This document shows positions 1 to 9,687 of a DNA stretch of 64,000 bases, in pieces. The position numbers and the translations under genes were made by a program. Each line of letters starts with the position of its first letter. The stretch's first letter is position 1. This DNA is from an uncultured Bifidobacterium sp. GTDB lineage: Bacteria > Actinomycetota > Acidimicrobiia > Acidimicrobiales > Ilumatobacteraceae. A model generated the notes under the pieces. The model saw nothing but the letters and a program-made list of their open reading frames with translations, was not told the origin of the DNA and did no database searches. The stretch covers positions 68,815-132,814 of the forward strand of contig CAYQCU010000003.1 of the NCBI GenBank assembly GCA_964416135.1, read 5' to 3'.

Positions 1-661
1 CGACCCTCGCCTCACGGTCGCCGAGACCCTCGCTGAGCCGTTGCGTGTGTGGAAGAAGGGATCAGAAGCCGAGATCCAGGCCAAGATCGACGACCTCTTG
101 ACGAATGTGAACCTCGATCCTGCCGTGGTGAGAGACCGCCGTTCGTACGAGTTCTCCGGTGGACAATGCCAACGCATCTCGATCGCCCGGTCGATGGCAC
201 TCGAGCCCACCATGATCATCTGCGACGAACCGGTGTCAGCACTGGATGTGTCGGTGCAGGCCCAGATTCTGAACCTGCTCCAGGACATGAAGGACCGCTA
301 CGGCTTGACCTTGGTCTTCATCTCGCACGACCTTGCGGTGGTCAAGGCCGTCTCCACGCGAGTGATGGTGATGTACCTCGGCAAGGTGTGTGAAGTGGCC
401 GAGCCCGAAGAGCTCTACCAGAACACCAAGCACCACTACACGAAGGCTCTCGTCGGCTCGGTTCCGATCCCGGACCCGACTCGCAAGCCGGTGGGCAACC
501 TCATCCAGGGCGAGCCCCCGTCACCGCTCAACCCGCCGAGCGGCTGCCGCTTCCGCACTCGCTGCCCGATGGCGAGCGAGAAGTGCGCCGCCGAAGAGCC
601 ACAGTTGCGCGAGGTGTCGAAGGGCCACTTCGTGGCGTGCCACCATCCCATCGGCGAGTGA
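1..661 (+). CDS. ABC transporter ATP-binding protein, oligopeptide/dipeptide (OppF/DppF-type); 5' end outside window
   Basis: The frame of ORF 41..661 stays open back to base 2. ABC signature 'FSGGQCQRISIARS', Walker B 'MIICDEPVSALD', H-loop 'FISHDLAVV' and the peptide-type C-terminal tail 'NPPSGCRFRTRCP' are present. Confidence 0.9.
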   Translation, partial: DPRLTVAETLAEPLRVWKKGSEAEIQAKIDDLLTNVNLDPAVVRDRRSYEFSGGQCQRISIARSMALEPTMIICDEPVSALDVSVQAQILNLLQDMKDRYGLTLVFISHDLAVVKAVSTRVMVMYLGKVCEVAEPEELYQNTKHHYTKALVGSVPIPDPTRKPVGNLIQGEPPSPLNPPSGCRFRTRCPMASEKCAAEEPQLREVSKGHFVACHHPIGE

Positions 662-1254
662 CCACACCCTTCGGGGATTCGACCGAACTGTTGCCCGGTG
701 ACGGGTCTGCGCGGCTGGTGCCGCGCATGTTCGGCCATGATGACGCCGAACTCCTCTTCGAGGCTCTGAAGCGGGCCGTGCCGTGGGAGACGACGCAGAT
801 CCCCATGTTCGGCCGCGAGGTGACCGAACCGCGCCTGTCCGCATGGATCGCCGACGAAGGCGTCGTCTACAGGTACTCGGGCCGCGACAGGGCGAGACAC
901 CCCTGGTCAGAGGCACTCACCGAGATCCGTCGACTGGCGGAACACATGTCGAGCGCGTCCTTCAACGGAGTACTGGCCAACCTGTATCGCACAGGCAACG
1001 ACCACATGGGGTGGCATGCCGACGACGAGAGGTCACTGGGTGCGAACCCGATCATCGCATCGGTGTCGCTCGGGGCAGAACGACGCTTCGACTTTCGTCA
1101 CCGCGAGTCGGGAGAACTCATCTCTACCGTTCTCCCCCACGGGTCGTTGCTCGTCATGAGCGGTGCGACGCAGCGGTGCTGGAAGCACCGAATTCCGCGA
1201 GCTGCGAAGGTGACAGAACCTCGCATCAATCTCACCTTCCGACGCCTCGTCTGA
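658..1254 (+). CDS. alkB: Alpha-ketoglutarate/Fe(II)-dependent dioxygenase AlkB (alkylated DNA/RNA repair)
   Basis: GTG at 658 overlaps the upstream stop (GTGA). Motifs 'MGWHADDE' (HxD), 'CWKHRIP' and the terminal 'RINLTFR' resemble the E. coli AlkB C-terminus. The longer track ORF from 583 overlaps the ABC gene and is unlikely. Confidence 0.85.
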   Translation: MTTPFGDSTELLPGDGSARLVPRMFGHDDAELLFEALKRAVPWETTQIPMFGREVTEPRLSAWIADEGVVYRYSGRDRARHPWSEALTEIRRLAEHMSSASFNGVLANLYRTGNDHMGWHADDERSLGANPIIASVSLGAERRFDFRHRESGELISTVLPHGSLLVMSGATQRCWKHRIPRAAKVTEPRINLTFRRLV

Positions 1255-1282
1255 GGTGTGCGAGACTCGCTCCGTGAACGAG

Positions 1283-2401
1283 ATGCCCGTACCGACGACC
1301 GCAGACGAACTCACGGCCGAGTGGCTCACCGAGGCTCTGAGACACGCAGGACACCTCCCGACGGGTTCAGTGTCGAACGTGCAACGTACCGTGATCGGCG
1401 AAGGAGTCGGCATGGTCGGCCAGTTGGTGCGACTCGAGATCGAATACACCGGCGAACACCCGAGTTTGCCTTCCACCATGATCGCCAAACTCCCCTCGCC
1501 GTACGAGGCCAACAGGGCCCAGATGCAGGCCTTCCGCTACTACGTGCGCGAAGCCCTCTTCTACCGCGAGGTCGCACACCGTGCGGGAGTGCGCACACCA
1601 CGCTGCTGGTGGAGCGCGATCGACACCGAGTCGAATCTGTCGGCCCTCCTCCTCGAGGACCTCGGTCACCTGGAGGTCTCCGACCAGATCGAGGGTATGT
1701 CACCCGAGCATGCCGAGCGGGCGATACGTGCGGTCGCACGCATGCACGCCACCTGGTGGGAAAGTCCCGACCTCGACGCTCTCGAGTGGATGGACTACGG
1801 CAACGGACCGGTCACCATGCAGGCCGTTCCGCTCTTCGAATTCGCCTGGCCGTTGTATCTGGCGAACGGATTCGGCGATCTCCTCACTCAGGAACAGATC
1901 AGCCTCGGCGAACGGGTGCGTGACCACTTCGAACGCTTGCTGAACGACTTCGGCGGCACCCACCGCACCATCTGCCACACAGACTTCCGCTCAGAGAACA
2001 TGTTCTTCGGTGCGCCGGGCTCCGACGACGACGTGGTGATCCTCGACTGGCAGCTCACCACCCGCTCGGGTGGACTCTACGATGTGGCGTACCTGTTGGC
2101 GCAGTCGCTCACCGTCGACGACCGCCGTGCACACGAAGTGCGCCTCCTGCGTGTGTACCACGAGTGTCTGCGCGACGCAGGACTCGACATCACCTTCGAC
2201 GACGTGCTCGAGTACTACAAGGTCGGTCTCATGGTCTGTCTCGTGATCCCGGTCAGCGTCGGGGGACTGCTCGACACCGCCAACGAACGGGGACGACGCC
2301 TCGGCGAAGTGATCACCGAGCGCACCTTCACCGCCGCCATCGACCAGAACTGTGGCGCAGTCCTCGACGCCCGTTACGGCACCAACGGAGCCGTCAGTTG
2401 A
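1283..2401 (+). CDS. Phosphotransferase-family kinase (APH/choline-kinase/EcKL-like fold)
   Basis: Catalytic loop 'ICHTDFRSENMFF' (HxDxxxxN) followed by 'VILDWQL'. Start taken at ATG 1283; 1256 is the alternative. It is a paralogue of 53754..54812. Confidence 0.8.
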   Translation: MPVPTTADELTAEWLTEALRHAGHLPTGSVSNVQRTVIGEGVGMVGQLVRLEIEYTGEHPSLPSTMIAKLPSPYEANRAQMQAFRYYVREALFYREVAHRAGVRTPRCWWSAIDTESNLSALLLEDLGHLEVSDQIEGMSPEHAERAIRAVARMHATWWESPDLDALEWMDYGNGPVTMQAVPLFEFAWPLYLANGFGDLLTQEQISLGERVRDHFERLLNDFGGTHRTICHTDFRSENMFFGAPGSDDDVVILDWQLTTRSGGLYDVAYLLAQSLTVDDRRAHEVRLLRVYHECLRDAGLDITFDDVLEYYKVGLMVCLVIPVSVGGLLDTANERGRRLGEVITERTFTAAIDQNCGAVLDARYGTNGAVS

Positions 2402-3923
2402 CTTGGCGGTCGCGCCCTTCCCAATAGGGCGCTCGTAACTTGAACTTCTGCAACTTGCCGGTCGAGGTCCTGGCCAGTTCGTCGCGGAATTCGACCCGCT
2501 TCGGACATTTGTACCCGGCCAGTTTCGACTTTGCGTGCGTGATCACGTCATCTTCGGTGAGCGGCGAGCCCGGCGTTCTCACGACGAGGGCGAGCACCAT
2601 CTCGCCCCACTTGTCGTCTGGAACACCGATCACTGCCACTTCTGCCACCTCGGGGTGAGAGAAGATCACGTCCTCCACTTCGATCGACGAGACGTTCTCG
2701 CCCCCGGAGACGATGACATCCTTCTTGCGGTCAGAGATCGTCAGATGATGATCCTCGCCGACCGTTCCGCCGTCGCCAGTGTGGAACCACCCGTCGACGA
2801 TGGCCTTGGCTGTCTCGTCGGGCTGGTTCCAGTAGCCCTCCATGACCATCGGAGCGCGTGCGAGCACCTCGCCTTGGGCGTCGACACGAATCTCGACCCC
2901 GAGTGCGGGGGCCCCTGCCGCACCGAGATGCCTGGCTCGGTCGGTCGCTGTCAGCGAGTCCCATTCGGCGCGACGTCGGTTCATCGTGAGCAGTGGGGCG
3001 GTCTCGGTGAGTCCGTAGATCTGGACGAACTCCCATCCGAGGTCGGTCTCGATTTTCTCGATGGTCGACGTGGGCGGCGGTGCGCCAGCGACCACCATGC
3101 GCACCTGCTCGCGCGACGTCGGCAACCCGGTGGCGGCCGCGTCGAGGATCATGTTCGCAACCGCTGGTGCCCCGCACAGAAGCGACACCCCGTGACGCTC
3201 GATGCGGGTGAGGATCTCGGCGCCGTCGACCTTGCGCAAGATGACGTGCGTACCACCCATCGCAGTCACCGCGTAGACCATTCCCCAGCCGTTCACATGG
3301 AACTGGGGCAAGGTGTGCAGGTACACGTCGCGGTCGTTCACTCCCAGTTGCCACCCGAAGACGGCCGAGTTCACCCACAAGTTCCGGTGCGGCTGCTCTA
3401 CTCCCTTTGGGCGCGCCGTGGTACCGCTCGTGTAGTTGATGGTCGCGGTCTGGTCCTCGTCGGGTTCCCAGGCACGTGGCTCGCGACCGAAGTCGTAGAG
3501 CACCTGGTCCGACTCGGCACCGATCACGAACCTGTGGCGTGCCGACACACCCGACAGTGCGTCGTCGAGTTCCGGGTCGACGATCAACACGTCGGCCCCG
3601 CAGTGGTCGACGATGTACGACACCTCGTCGGCGGCGAGTCGGAAGTTGATCGGCACCAGCACGCGGCCGAACCCGCTCACACCGAAGAACGATGTCAACA
3701 ATCGAGCAGAATTCTGGCTGACTACCGCTACCCGTGCCCCCTGGGGCACCCCGAGGGCATCGAGACCGGCCGCTTGGGCACGGGCGCGACGCGCCATCTC
3801 TGCGTACGTGATGGCTCCCCACGACTCGGCCGGCTGGTTGGGCTCGTCGATGATCGCCACTCTGTCGCCGTAGACCTGCTCTGCTCGGCGGAGATGATCG
3901 ACGATCGTCAACGGCACTTTCAT
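2394..3923 (-). CDS. AMP-dependent synthetase/ligase (acyl-CoA synthetase, FadD-like)
   Basis: Adenylate-forming motifs 'YTSGTTARPKGV', 'GYWNQPDET', 'WFHTGDGG' and 'SGGENVSSIEVE', plus the C-terminal 'PKRVEF...TSTGKLQK'. Start taken at 'MKVPLTIVDHL'. Confidence 0.9.
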   Translation of the reverse strand: MKVPLTIVDHLRRAEQVYGDRVAIIDEPNQPAESWGAITYAEMARRARAQAAGLDALGVPQGARVAVVSQNSARLLTSFFGVSGFGRVLVPINFRLAADEVSYIVDHCGADVLIVDPELDDALSGVSARHRFVIGAESDQVLYDFGREPRAWEPDEDQTATINYTSGTTARPKGVEQPHRNLWVNSAVFGWQLGVNDRDVYLHTLPQFHVNGWGMVYAVTAMGGTHVILRKVDGAEILTRIERHGVSLLCGAPAVANMILDAAATGLPTSREQVRMVVAGAPPPTSTIEKIETDLGWEFVQIYGLTETAPLLTMNRRRAEWDSLTATDRARHLGAAGAPALGVEIRVDAQGEVLARAPMVMEGYWNQPDETAKAIVDGWFHTGDGGTVGEDHHLTISDRKKDVIVSGGENVSSIEVEDVIFSHPEVAEVAVIGVPDDKWGEMVLALVVRTPGSPLTEDDVITHAKSKLAGYKCPKRVEFRDELARTSTGKLQKFKLRAPYWEGRDRQVN

Positions 3924-3958
3924 GTTCTCAACCGTAGTTCGGCCGACGAGGGACACTC

Positions 3959-4927
3959 TCAGCCTGCGATACCCCACACCCGCGTGGCACGGTCGCGAAA
4001 CTCGTTCACGGTCGACCAGAGAATGTCGGCGACCGGTCGCACCTCGGTGATACGTCCCGCAACCTGACCGGTGAGTGCAATTCCTGCCTCCAGGTCACCC
4101 CCGAAATACACATCCTGTGTACGTGCGAACTGGTCCATGCCCACCTGCTCCTCACGTTCGAGACGGCTCGTGCGCTCCGTGCGCAGGGCACGCAGTCCGG
4201 GGCGGCCGAAACGGTTCAAGAACACCGTGTCGGTCTCGGCCGCGCCGACGATCGCATTCTTCCAGTTCTCGTGCACGGGCGACTCGGCTGCCGAGACCAT
4301 GCGGGTTCCCATCTGCACCGCGTCGGCACCGAGCGCGAAGGCAGCCGCCATTCCGGCTCCGTCACAGATTCCCCCGGCCGCGACGATCGGCACGTCGACA
4401 TGCTCGGCCACCAGTGGCAACAGCACCATCGATGCGACATCGCGTGGATTCTTGAAGCCGCCTCCTTCGCCGCCCTCGACGACGAGACCGTCGACTCCGG
4501 CCTCGACAGCCTTGAGTGCCGCAGCGAGGGTCGGCACCACATGGAACACGGTGAGACCAGCGGCCTTGAGTTTCTCGGTGTACTTGGTGGGGTCTCCGGC
4601 CGAGGTCGTCACGAATCGCACCCCCTGGTCGACGACGAAGTCTGCGATCGCAGGGTCGCGTACGAAGGCCTGAGCGATGTTCACGCCGAAAGGTCTGCTG
4701 GTGAGGGTTCGCATGCGGGCGATCTCGACCTTGATGGCATCGAGTTCACCCGACGAGGTCTCGATGATCCCCATCCCGCCTGCATCCGACACGGCAGAGG
4801 CCAGCTGCGACCGCGCGATCCATCCCATGGGAGCCTGCACGATGGGGTAATCGATGCCGAGCAACTCGGTGACACGGGTGCGAACGGGCGCAGGACGATC
4901 GACAGCGTTGGAGCCAGAAGTTGACAT
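3959..4927 (-). CDS. Nitronate monooxygenase / FabK-like FMN-dependent oxidoreductase
   Basis: 'IDYPIVQAPMGWIA', 'GGMGIIE', 'VVEGGEGGGF' and 'PIVAAGGICDG' are typical of the NMO (2-nitropropane dioxygenase) TIM-barrel family. Confidence 0.85.
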   Translation of the reverse strand: MSTSGSNAVDRPAPVRTRVTELLGIDYPIVQAPMGWIARSQLASAVSDAGGMGIIETSSGELDAIKVEIARMRTLTSRPFGVNIAQAFVRDPAIADFVVDQGVRFVTTSAGDPTKYTEKLKAAGLTVFHVVPTLAAALKAVEAGVDGLVVEGGEGGGFKNPRDVASMVLLPLVAEHVDVPIVAAGGICDGAGMAAAFALGADAVQMGTRMVSAAESPVHENWKNAIVGAAETDTVFLNRFGRPGLRALRTERTSRLEREEQVGMDQFARTQDVYFGGDLEAGIALTGQVAGRITEVRPVADILWSTVNEFRDRATRVWGIAG

Positions 4928-4964
4928 GGCGGAACACTACGACAGAGCCGAGCCCGAGAATGCC

Positions 4965-5000
4965 GAAGGGGGCGGCGGCCGATCGGCCACCGCCCCCTTC
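4965..5000 (-). terminator. GC-rich hairpin, probable intrinsic terminator after the solute-binding-protein gene
   Basis: GAAGGGGGCGGcGGCC..GGCCaCCGCCCCCTTC forms a stem of about 15 bp with one mismatch, 28 nt downstream of the stop at 5028. There is no clear U-tract, which is common for actinobacterial I-shaped terminators. Confidence 0.55.
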
Positions 5001-5027
5001 ACGAGGCATCAGGTCATCTGACCGGGC

Positions 5028-6749
5028 TCAGCCCTTCCAGATTGCCGTCCACTCCTGACCCTTCAGGTCAGCGGTGGGTGCGAAGGTCTTGCCGTCAGGG
5101 TTCCTCAGAAGTCCGAAGCCCTTCAGGTTCGACTTGCGGTTGACGAAGGTCCATGCGCCCGAGTGCACCGAAGGAATCGCGATTGCTTCCTTCTGGAGGT
5201 ACTCGGTCACCTTCTTCCACGCCGCATCCTGCTTCTTCTTGTTGGTCTCGCCCATGGCGGCATAGACCAACGCGTCGAGGTTGGTGTCGGAGTGGTTTCC
5301 GAGCGCGATGACCTTGCCGAAGACCCGCAACGTGGTCACAGGGCTCTTCGAGTCGGCCGGGAAGGCGTTCGACATGAAGAACGGAACGACGTAGCCAGGT
5401 CCGGGGCCTTCCGCCGGGGTGCCCTGAGCGAAGTCGAAGGCATTTCCGTTGCGGTTGTAGATCTGCGGAATCAGCGCGTTGCTCTCCTGCTGGATGATCG
5501 GGTTGAACTGGATACCAGCCTTCTCCATCATGCCCTGCAGGGTCTTGACGTTGTTCAGCGACTGCGTGCTCTGGTCGGCGTACAGCGTGATCTTCATCGG
5601 TGCCGCGGCCCCGAGATCGGTGTTGCACTTTGCGAGCGCCTCACGAGCCAACTTCAGGCTGAACTTCGGCGCACCCTTCGTGGTGAAGAGCGTGTGTCCG
5701 TTGCCCACGATCGAGCCGTTGACCGTCGCGAGGTTGCGCAGACGCACCCTGTTGTAGGTCTTCCAGTCGATGGCGTGAGCAGCTGCGAGACGGCAGTTCT
5801 TGAACTTGAACGGCGAGCCAGCCTTGTTCTGGTTCGGCATCCACTGGCCCCACAGGTTGATTCCTGCCTTGAACTCCTGCACCACGCTCTTGCGCTTCAC
5901 GAGGTCGGAGATGAAGGTTGCGTCACCCACCGGGAAGTACGCCGCGTCGAGCGCGCCCTTGCGGACAGCGGCTGCTCGCTGCGAGCCTTCCTTCACCGTC
6001 TTGATGGTGATCTTGTCGAGGTACGGAAGCTGACGGCCTTTCGAGTCCTTGCGCCAGTAGAGATCGTTGCGCACGACCACGGTCTGGTCGGGAACGTACG
6101 ACTCGACCTTGAACGGACCGGTGCCGATCGGCTTGGTCGCACAGGTGGCCGAGTTCTTGATCTGCTCGGGTGCACGCATGACGTAACGACCAGCGCGGTA
6201 CATGAGACCGATGAACTGGTTGTCGGGCTTGTCGAGCGTGATCCGCAGGGTCTCTGCGTCGGGCGCCTCGACGAGCATGATGTTCGCGTTCACACCGATT
6301 CCGGTACCGGCGTACGACGCTGCCGGAATCACGTGACCGGCACCGATCTGGATGTTGGTCTTGGCGACGTCGGCGTTGAAGTCTTCACCATTCGAGAACT
6401 TGATTCCCGTGCGGATCTTGAAGGTCCACACCTTGTAGCCCTCGGTCGAACGCCACGAACGCGCGAGGTGCGGAATGAACCGTCCGCGCGAGTCACGCTC
6501 GACGAGGCTCTCGTACACCGTACGAGTCGCACCGAGGCTGTCGGCGTTCAACGCGTTTGCGAAGCACCAGCCTCCGATGTTGTTCGCGATGCCGTAGGTG
6601 ATCTCGCCACCGCTCTTCGGCGTCGACGACGTCTTGGACGCCGCCTGGCCCGTACTGGTCGCCACGACCGAACCAGCGACAGCGACGGCCACAGCCGCAC
6701 CCCATCGACGAATTCGCCGTGAACGAAGGGACATTGCCCTGTCTGTCAT
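5028..6749 (-). CDS. ABC transporter substrate-binding protein, family 5 (peptide/nickel type)
   Basis: RBS AGGGGGG lies 8 nt upstream of ATG 6749. The N-terminus 'RRIRRWGAAVAVAVAGSVVATSTGQAAS' looks like a signal peptide. The roughly 570-aa length and sequence character fit the DppA/OppA-like family. Confidence 0.85.
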   Translation of the reverse strand: MTDRAMSLRSRRIRRWGAAVAVAVAGSVVATSTGQAASKTSSTPKSGGEITYGIANNIGGWCFANALNADSLGATRTVYESLVERDSRGRFIPHLARSWRSTEGYKVWTFKIRTGIKFSNGEDFNADVAKTNIQIGAGHVIPAASYAGTGIGVNANIMLVEAPDAETLRITLDKPDNQFIGLMYRAGRYVMRAPEQIKNSATCATKPIGTGPFKVESYVPDQTVVVRNDLYWRKDSKGRQLPYLDKITIKTVKEGSQRAAAVRKGALDAAYFPVGDATFISDLVKRKSVVQEFKAGINLWGQWMPNQNKAGSPFKFKNCRLAAAHAIDWKTYNRVRLRNLATVNGSIVGNGHTLFTTKGAPKFSLKLAREALAKCNTDLGAAAPMKITLYADQSTQSLNNVKTLQGMMEKAGIQFNPIIQQESNALIPQIYNRNGNAFDFAQGTPAEGPGPGYVVPFFMSNAFPADSKSPVTTLRVFGKVIALGNHSDTNLDALVYAAMGETNKKKQDAAWKKVTEYLQKEAIAIPSVHSGAWTFVNRKSNLKGFGLLRNPDGKTFAPTADLKGQEWTAIWKG

Positions 6750-6918
6750 TCGGTTACCCCCCTGAATGTGCCACACACTTCATGTGACGAACGCCACCAT
6801 AGAACAGCGCTGTGCCGTGAGTCACCCTCGACGGGGGAAAATTCCCTTGTTTCGTGCAACTTCACAACGGCACGATCGCTACTCGCAGGTAACAGATCCT
6901 CACCGGATCATTGAGCAC

Positions 6919-7362
6919 CTACAGATAGTCGGCAGACCATCGTTCGCGGGCGGCGGCAATGATCTCAGCATCGGTGAGGGCCGGCAAGTTCGCCACCCCG
7001 GTTCCCACCACACGCCCGAGCAACGGCGAACGCGCCTCGGCCAAGTGGGCCATGAAGCGGTCGACCGTGTTGCTCCTCCCACGACCGTGTCCCACGAGGA
7101 CGACCTGGGACGAGTCACGCAACAGATCCTCGAGGTCGCCGAAGAAGACAGGCTCCTGGGTCTCGCTCGAATGCATCCGCCGAAACTGACCCTGTCGGAC
7201 ATGACGATGCGGCTTGTCGCTCGGTCGGCGCAGCCTGACGACAGGTTCTGCCCCGTCGGCCTCGAGCAACCAGATCCGAGCGTGGTCATGTGTCAACGCC
7301 GCCACGACAGCCCGCCCCGCCAGTTGTGGTTCTGATGCTCCGTGCGACGACCGTTCGACCAT
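6919..7362 (-). CDS. Hypothetical protein (147 aa); possibly host-attachment/baeRF-like
   Basis: The sequence looks protein-like ('VVLVGHGRGRSNTVDRFMAHLAE') and the gene is divergent from hsp20. The overlapping + ORF 6766..7335 looks like an antisense artefact. I recognise no firm motif. Confidence 0.5.
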   Translation of the reverse strand: MVERSSHGASEPQLAGRAVVAALTHDHARIWLLEADGAEPVVRLRRPSDKPHRHVRQGQFRRMHSSETQEPVFFGDLEDLLRDSSQVVLVGHGRGRSNTVDRFMAHLAEARSPLLGRVVGTGVANLPALTDAEIIAAARERWSADYL

Positions 7363-7524
7363 GTCAGCAACGTACGTACGCCCGTCGTCTCTGCGATGGG
7401 AGTTGCTTCCCTCTCTGCACGACTCACGTACCGTCCGCCCTTCCTGCGTTTCGGCGCCCCGTGCACCTCCCTACCGTGCGACACGTCGGACATGGTGCCC
7501 GACACACACGACAGGAGACAGACA

Positions 7525-7953
7525 ATGACACGACGCATATTCGACGTTCAGTGGCCCGGTTGGATGAGCGACAGAATGCCCGTCGACCGCTGGGACAGAT
7601 GGATGGACCTGGTCGGCGGATCCGCGATCAACGTGGAGGAGTTCGAAGAGAACGGTAACTACGTGATCCGCGCGGAGGTTCCCGGCATCGACCCCGACAA
7701 AGATGTCGATCTCAGCGTCGCCGACGGCGCGCTCCGACTCAAGGTGCACCGTATGCGCGAGTCGCACGACGGCGACCGGGCGCATTTCCGCAGCGAGTTC
7801 GAGTACGGCTCACTGCAACGACAGGTGTTGCTGCCCTCGACGGCTGCCGAGACAGACGTGAAAGCCACCTACAAAGACGGCATCTTGGAAGTGCGCCTGC
7901 CCATGAACGGCGCATCGACCCGCGAGCATCGCATCGCGATCGCCCGCTCCTGA
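7525..7953 (+). CDS. Hsp20/alpha-crystallin family small heat-shock protein
   Basis: AGGAGA RBS precedes ATG 7525. Alpha-crystallin domain: 'YVIRAEVPGIDPDKDVDLSVADGALRL', 'FEYGSLQRQVLLP', 'ATYKDGILEVRLP'. Confidence 0.85.
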   Translation: MTRRIFDVQWPGWMSDRMPVDRWDRWMDLVGGSAINVEEFEENGNYVIRAEVPGIDPDKDVDLSVADGALRLKVHRMRESHDGDRAHFRSEFEYGSLQRQVLLPSTAAETDVKATYKDGILEVRLPMNGASTREHRIAIARS

Positions 7954-7975
7954 CGCCTGCCGCGTCTCGAGTGGG

Positions 7976-9670
7976 TCAGCCCCGGGGCGCCGACTGGTAC
8001 GACTCGCGCAAGTCGCGCTTGAGCACCTTGCCGGTCGCGTTCCGGGGCAATTCGCCCGACTGCCAGAACACGGCACTGGGCACCTTGAACGCGGCGAGTT
8101 TGCCTCGCACGTAGTCGAGCACCGACTCGGTGTCGTCTGGCCCGTGACCGGGCTCAGGCACGATGATCGCGGCCACTTCCTCGCCGAGTGTCGCATGAGG
8201 AAGCCCGATGACGGCACAGTCGAGAACCGCCGGGTGCTCGAAGAGCACTGTTTCGACCTCGACGCAGTAGACGTTCTCGCCGCCTCGCAGCACCATGTCC
8301 TTGATGCGGTCGACGACGTAGATGTACCCGTCGGCATCCATGCGGGCGGCGTCGCCGGTGTGGAACCAACCGTCGGTGAAGGCAGCGGCCGTCTCTGCTG
8401 GTTTGTTCCAGTAACCACGCACGTTGCTCGGCCCGTACACCCACAGCTCCCCCGTGTCCCCCACTGCGACATCGTTGCCGTCTTCGTCGACGATCCGAAC
8501 GTCGCACCCGACTGCGGGCAGGCCCACCGACTCTTTCTTCGCGAAGTAACCGGCACCCGAGTTGGCGATCACCGCTGCCGTCGTCTCGGTGAGTCCGTAA
8601 CCGTTGCCAGGGCTCACCTTGCCCGCGAATTCGCTCTCGATGCGAGCGATGGTGTCGGGTGGAACAGGTGCCCCGCCCTGGCCGATCGACGAGATGCTGG
8701 ACAGGTCGTACTTGCCGAAGTCAGGATGCTCGAGCAGTGTCCGCACCACCGTCGGGACTCCACCGACGACATTGACACGGTGTTTCTCGATCAACTTCAG
8801 CGCCTCGCCGGCATCCCACTTGTACATCGAGTGGATGCAGGTGCCGGCCTTGGTGTTGTTGATCATTCCGCACAACCCGGCGATGTGGAAGAACGGAAAC
8901 GTCGACAGTGCCCGCACCTGTGGCTTCGAGACAGTGGGGTCAGCCGGTGGGGCGCCGGCCATCTTGGCCGCCGTCGCAGCCGCGAGGAGCGCGTTCCAGA
9001 CGTTCGTCATGTAGTTGCGGTGCGAACCCACCGCGCCCTTCGGGAAACCGGTCGTGCCGGATGTGTAGAGGATCGTCGCATCGTCGTCGGGGTCGATGTC
9101 GAGATCCGGGAGCACCGCCGAGCTGTCACCTGTGGCCTCGTCCCATGGGGTGATGCCAGTTCGGGCGGCGCCACGAGCCACCACGACGGCACGGATGCCG
9201 GTGGTGTGGAGCAATGCATCGGGCAGGCGTTCGAGGCGCTCCCCGTCCACGATGGCAGCCACGGCGCCCGAGTCTTCGAAGGCGTACCTCAACTCGTCGG
9301 TCGTCCACCAGGCGTTCAAGCTGACGGTCACCGCTCCCAGGCACTGTGTCGCCCAGAACGCCACCGGCCACTCGGGATAGTTGCGCATTCCGATCGCGAC
9401 ACGATCACCCTTCGTCACGCCCCGCGAGGCGAGCCACACTGCCAGCGACGTGGCGCGCTGACGAGCGTCTGCATATGTCAACTCGACGTCGTCGTAGACG
9501 AGATACGGCGTGTCACCGCCACGGGCGGTTGCGTCGAGCCACAGGTCGCGCAACGACCGGTGAGTGTGGGCGAACACCCTCAACGGGTTGCCCCACACGT
9601 TCTCGACACGCACCTCGAGCGGACTGCCCGGCGCCGTCAACTCTGCGATCACTTCATTTCTCGTCGCCAT
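7976..9670 (-). CDS. AMP-dependent synthetase/ligase (acyl-CoA synthetase)
   Basis: 'YTSGTTGFPKGA', 'GYWNKPAET', 'WFHTGDAA', 'RGGENVYCVEVE' and 'ATGKVLKR'. Start taken at 'MATRNEVIAEL'; the upstream extension is Arg/Gly-rich junk. Confidence 0.9.
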   Translation of the reverse strand: MATRNEVIAELTAPGSPLEVRVENVWGNPLRVFAHTHRSLRDLWLDATARGGDTPYLVYDDVELTYADARQRATSLAVWLASRGVTKGDRVAIGMRNYPEWPVAFWATQCLGAVTVSLNAWWTTDELRYAFEDSGAVAAIVDGERLERLPDALLHTTGIRAVVVARGAARTGITPWDEATGDSSAVLPDLDIDPDDDATILYTSGTTGFPKGAVGSHRNYMTNVWNALLAAATAAKMAGAPPADPTVSKPQVRALSTFPFFHIAGLCGMINNTKAGTCIHSMYKWDAGEALKLIEKHRVNVVGGVPTVVRTLLEHPDFGKYDLSSISSIGQGGAPVPPDTIARIESEFAGKVSPGNGYGLTETTAAVIANSGAGYFAKKESVGLPAVGCDVRIVDEDGNDVAVGDTGELWVYGPSNVRGYWNKPAETAAAFTDGWFHTGDAARMDADGYIYVVDRIKDMVLRGGENVYCVEVETVLFEHPAVLDCAVIGLPHATLGEEVAAIIVPEPGHGPDDTESVLDYVRGKLAAFKVPSAVFWQSGELPRNATGKVLKRDLRESYQSAPRG

Positions 9671-9687
9671 CGCGGCGACGGTATCAG

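Noticed and set aside
2535-4067. 510-aa ORF on the + strand
   Set aside because: It is antisense to the acyl-CoA ligase (2394-3923), which carries all adenylation motifs. No motifs appear in this frame.
5163-6722. 519-aa ORF on the + strand
   Set aside because: It is antisense to the family-5 solute-binding protein gene and has shadow-ORF composition.
5028-6749. Solute-binding protein as part of a split or novel ABC system with the ATPase at 1-661
   Set aside because: The two genes are on opposite strands and separated by four unrelated genes. The ATPase most likely belongs to an operon upstream of the window, and orphan SBP genes are common.
6766-7335. 189-aa + strand ORF
   Set aside because: It overlaps the more protein-like minus-strand ORF 6919-7362. 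No RBS or motif is present, and it begins inside the SBP gene's upstream region.
7363-7524. Looked for an HspR/HAIR-type or HrcA/CIRCE-type operator upstream of hsp20
   Set aside because: No CTTGAGT-N7-ACTCAAG-like or CIRCE-like palindrome is visible. The only feature is a short CGTACGTACG self-complementary run, which is too short to interpret.
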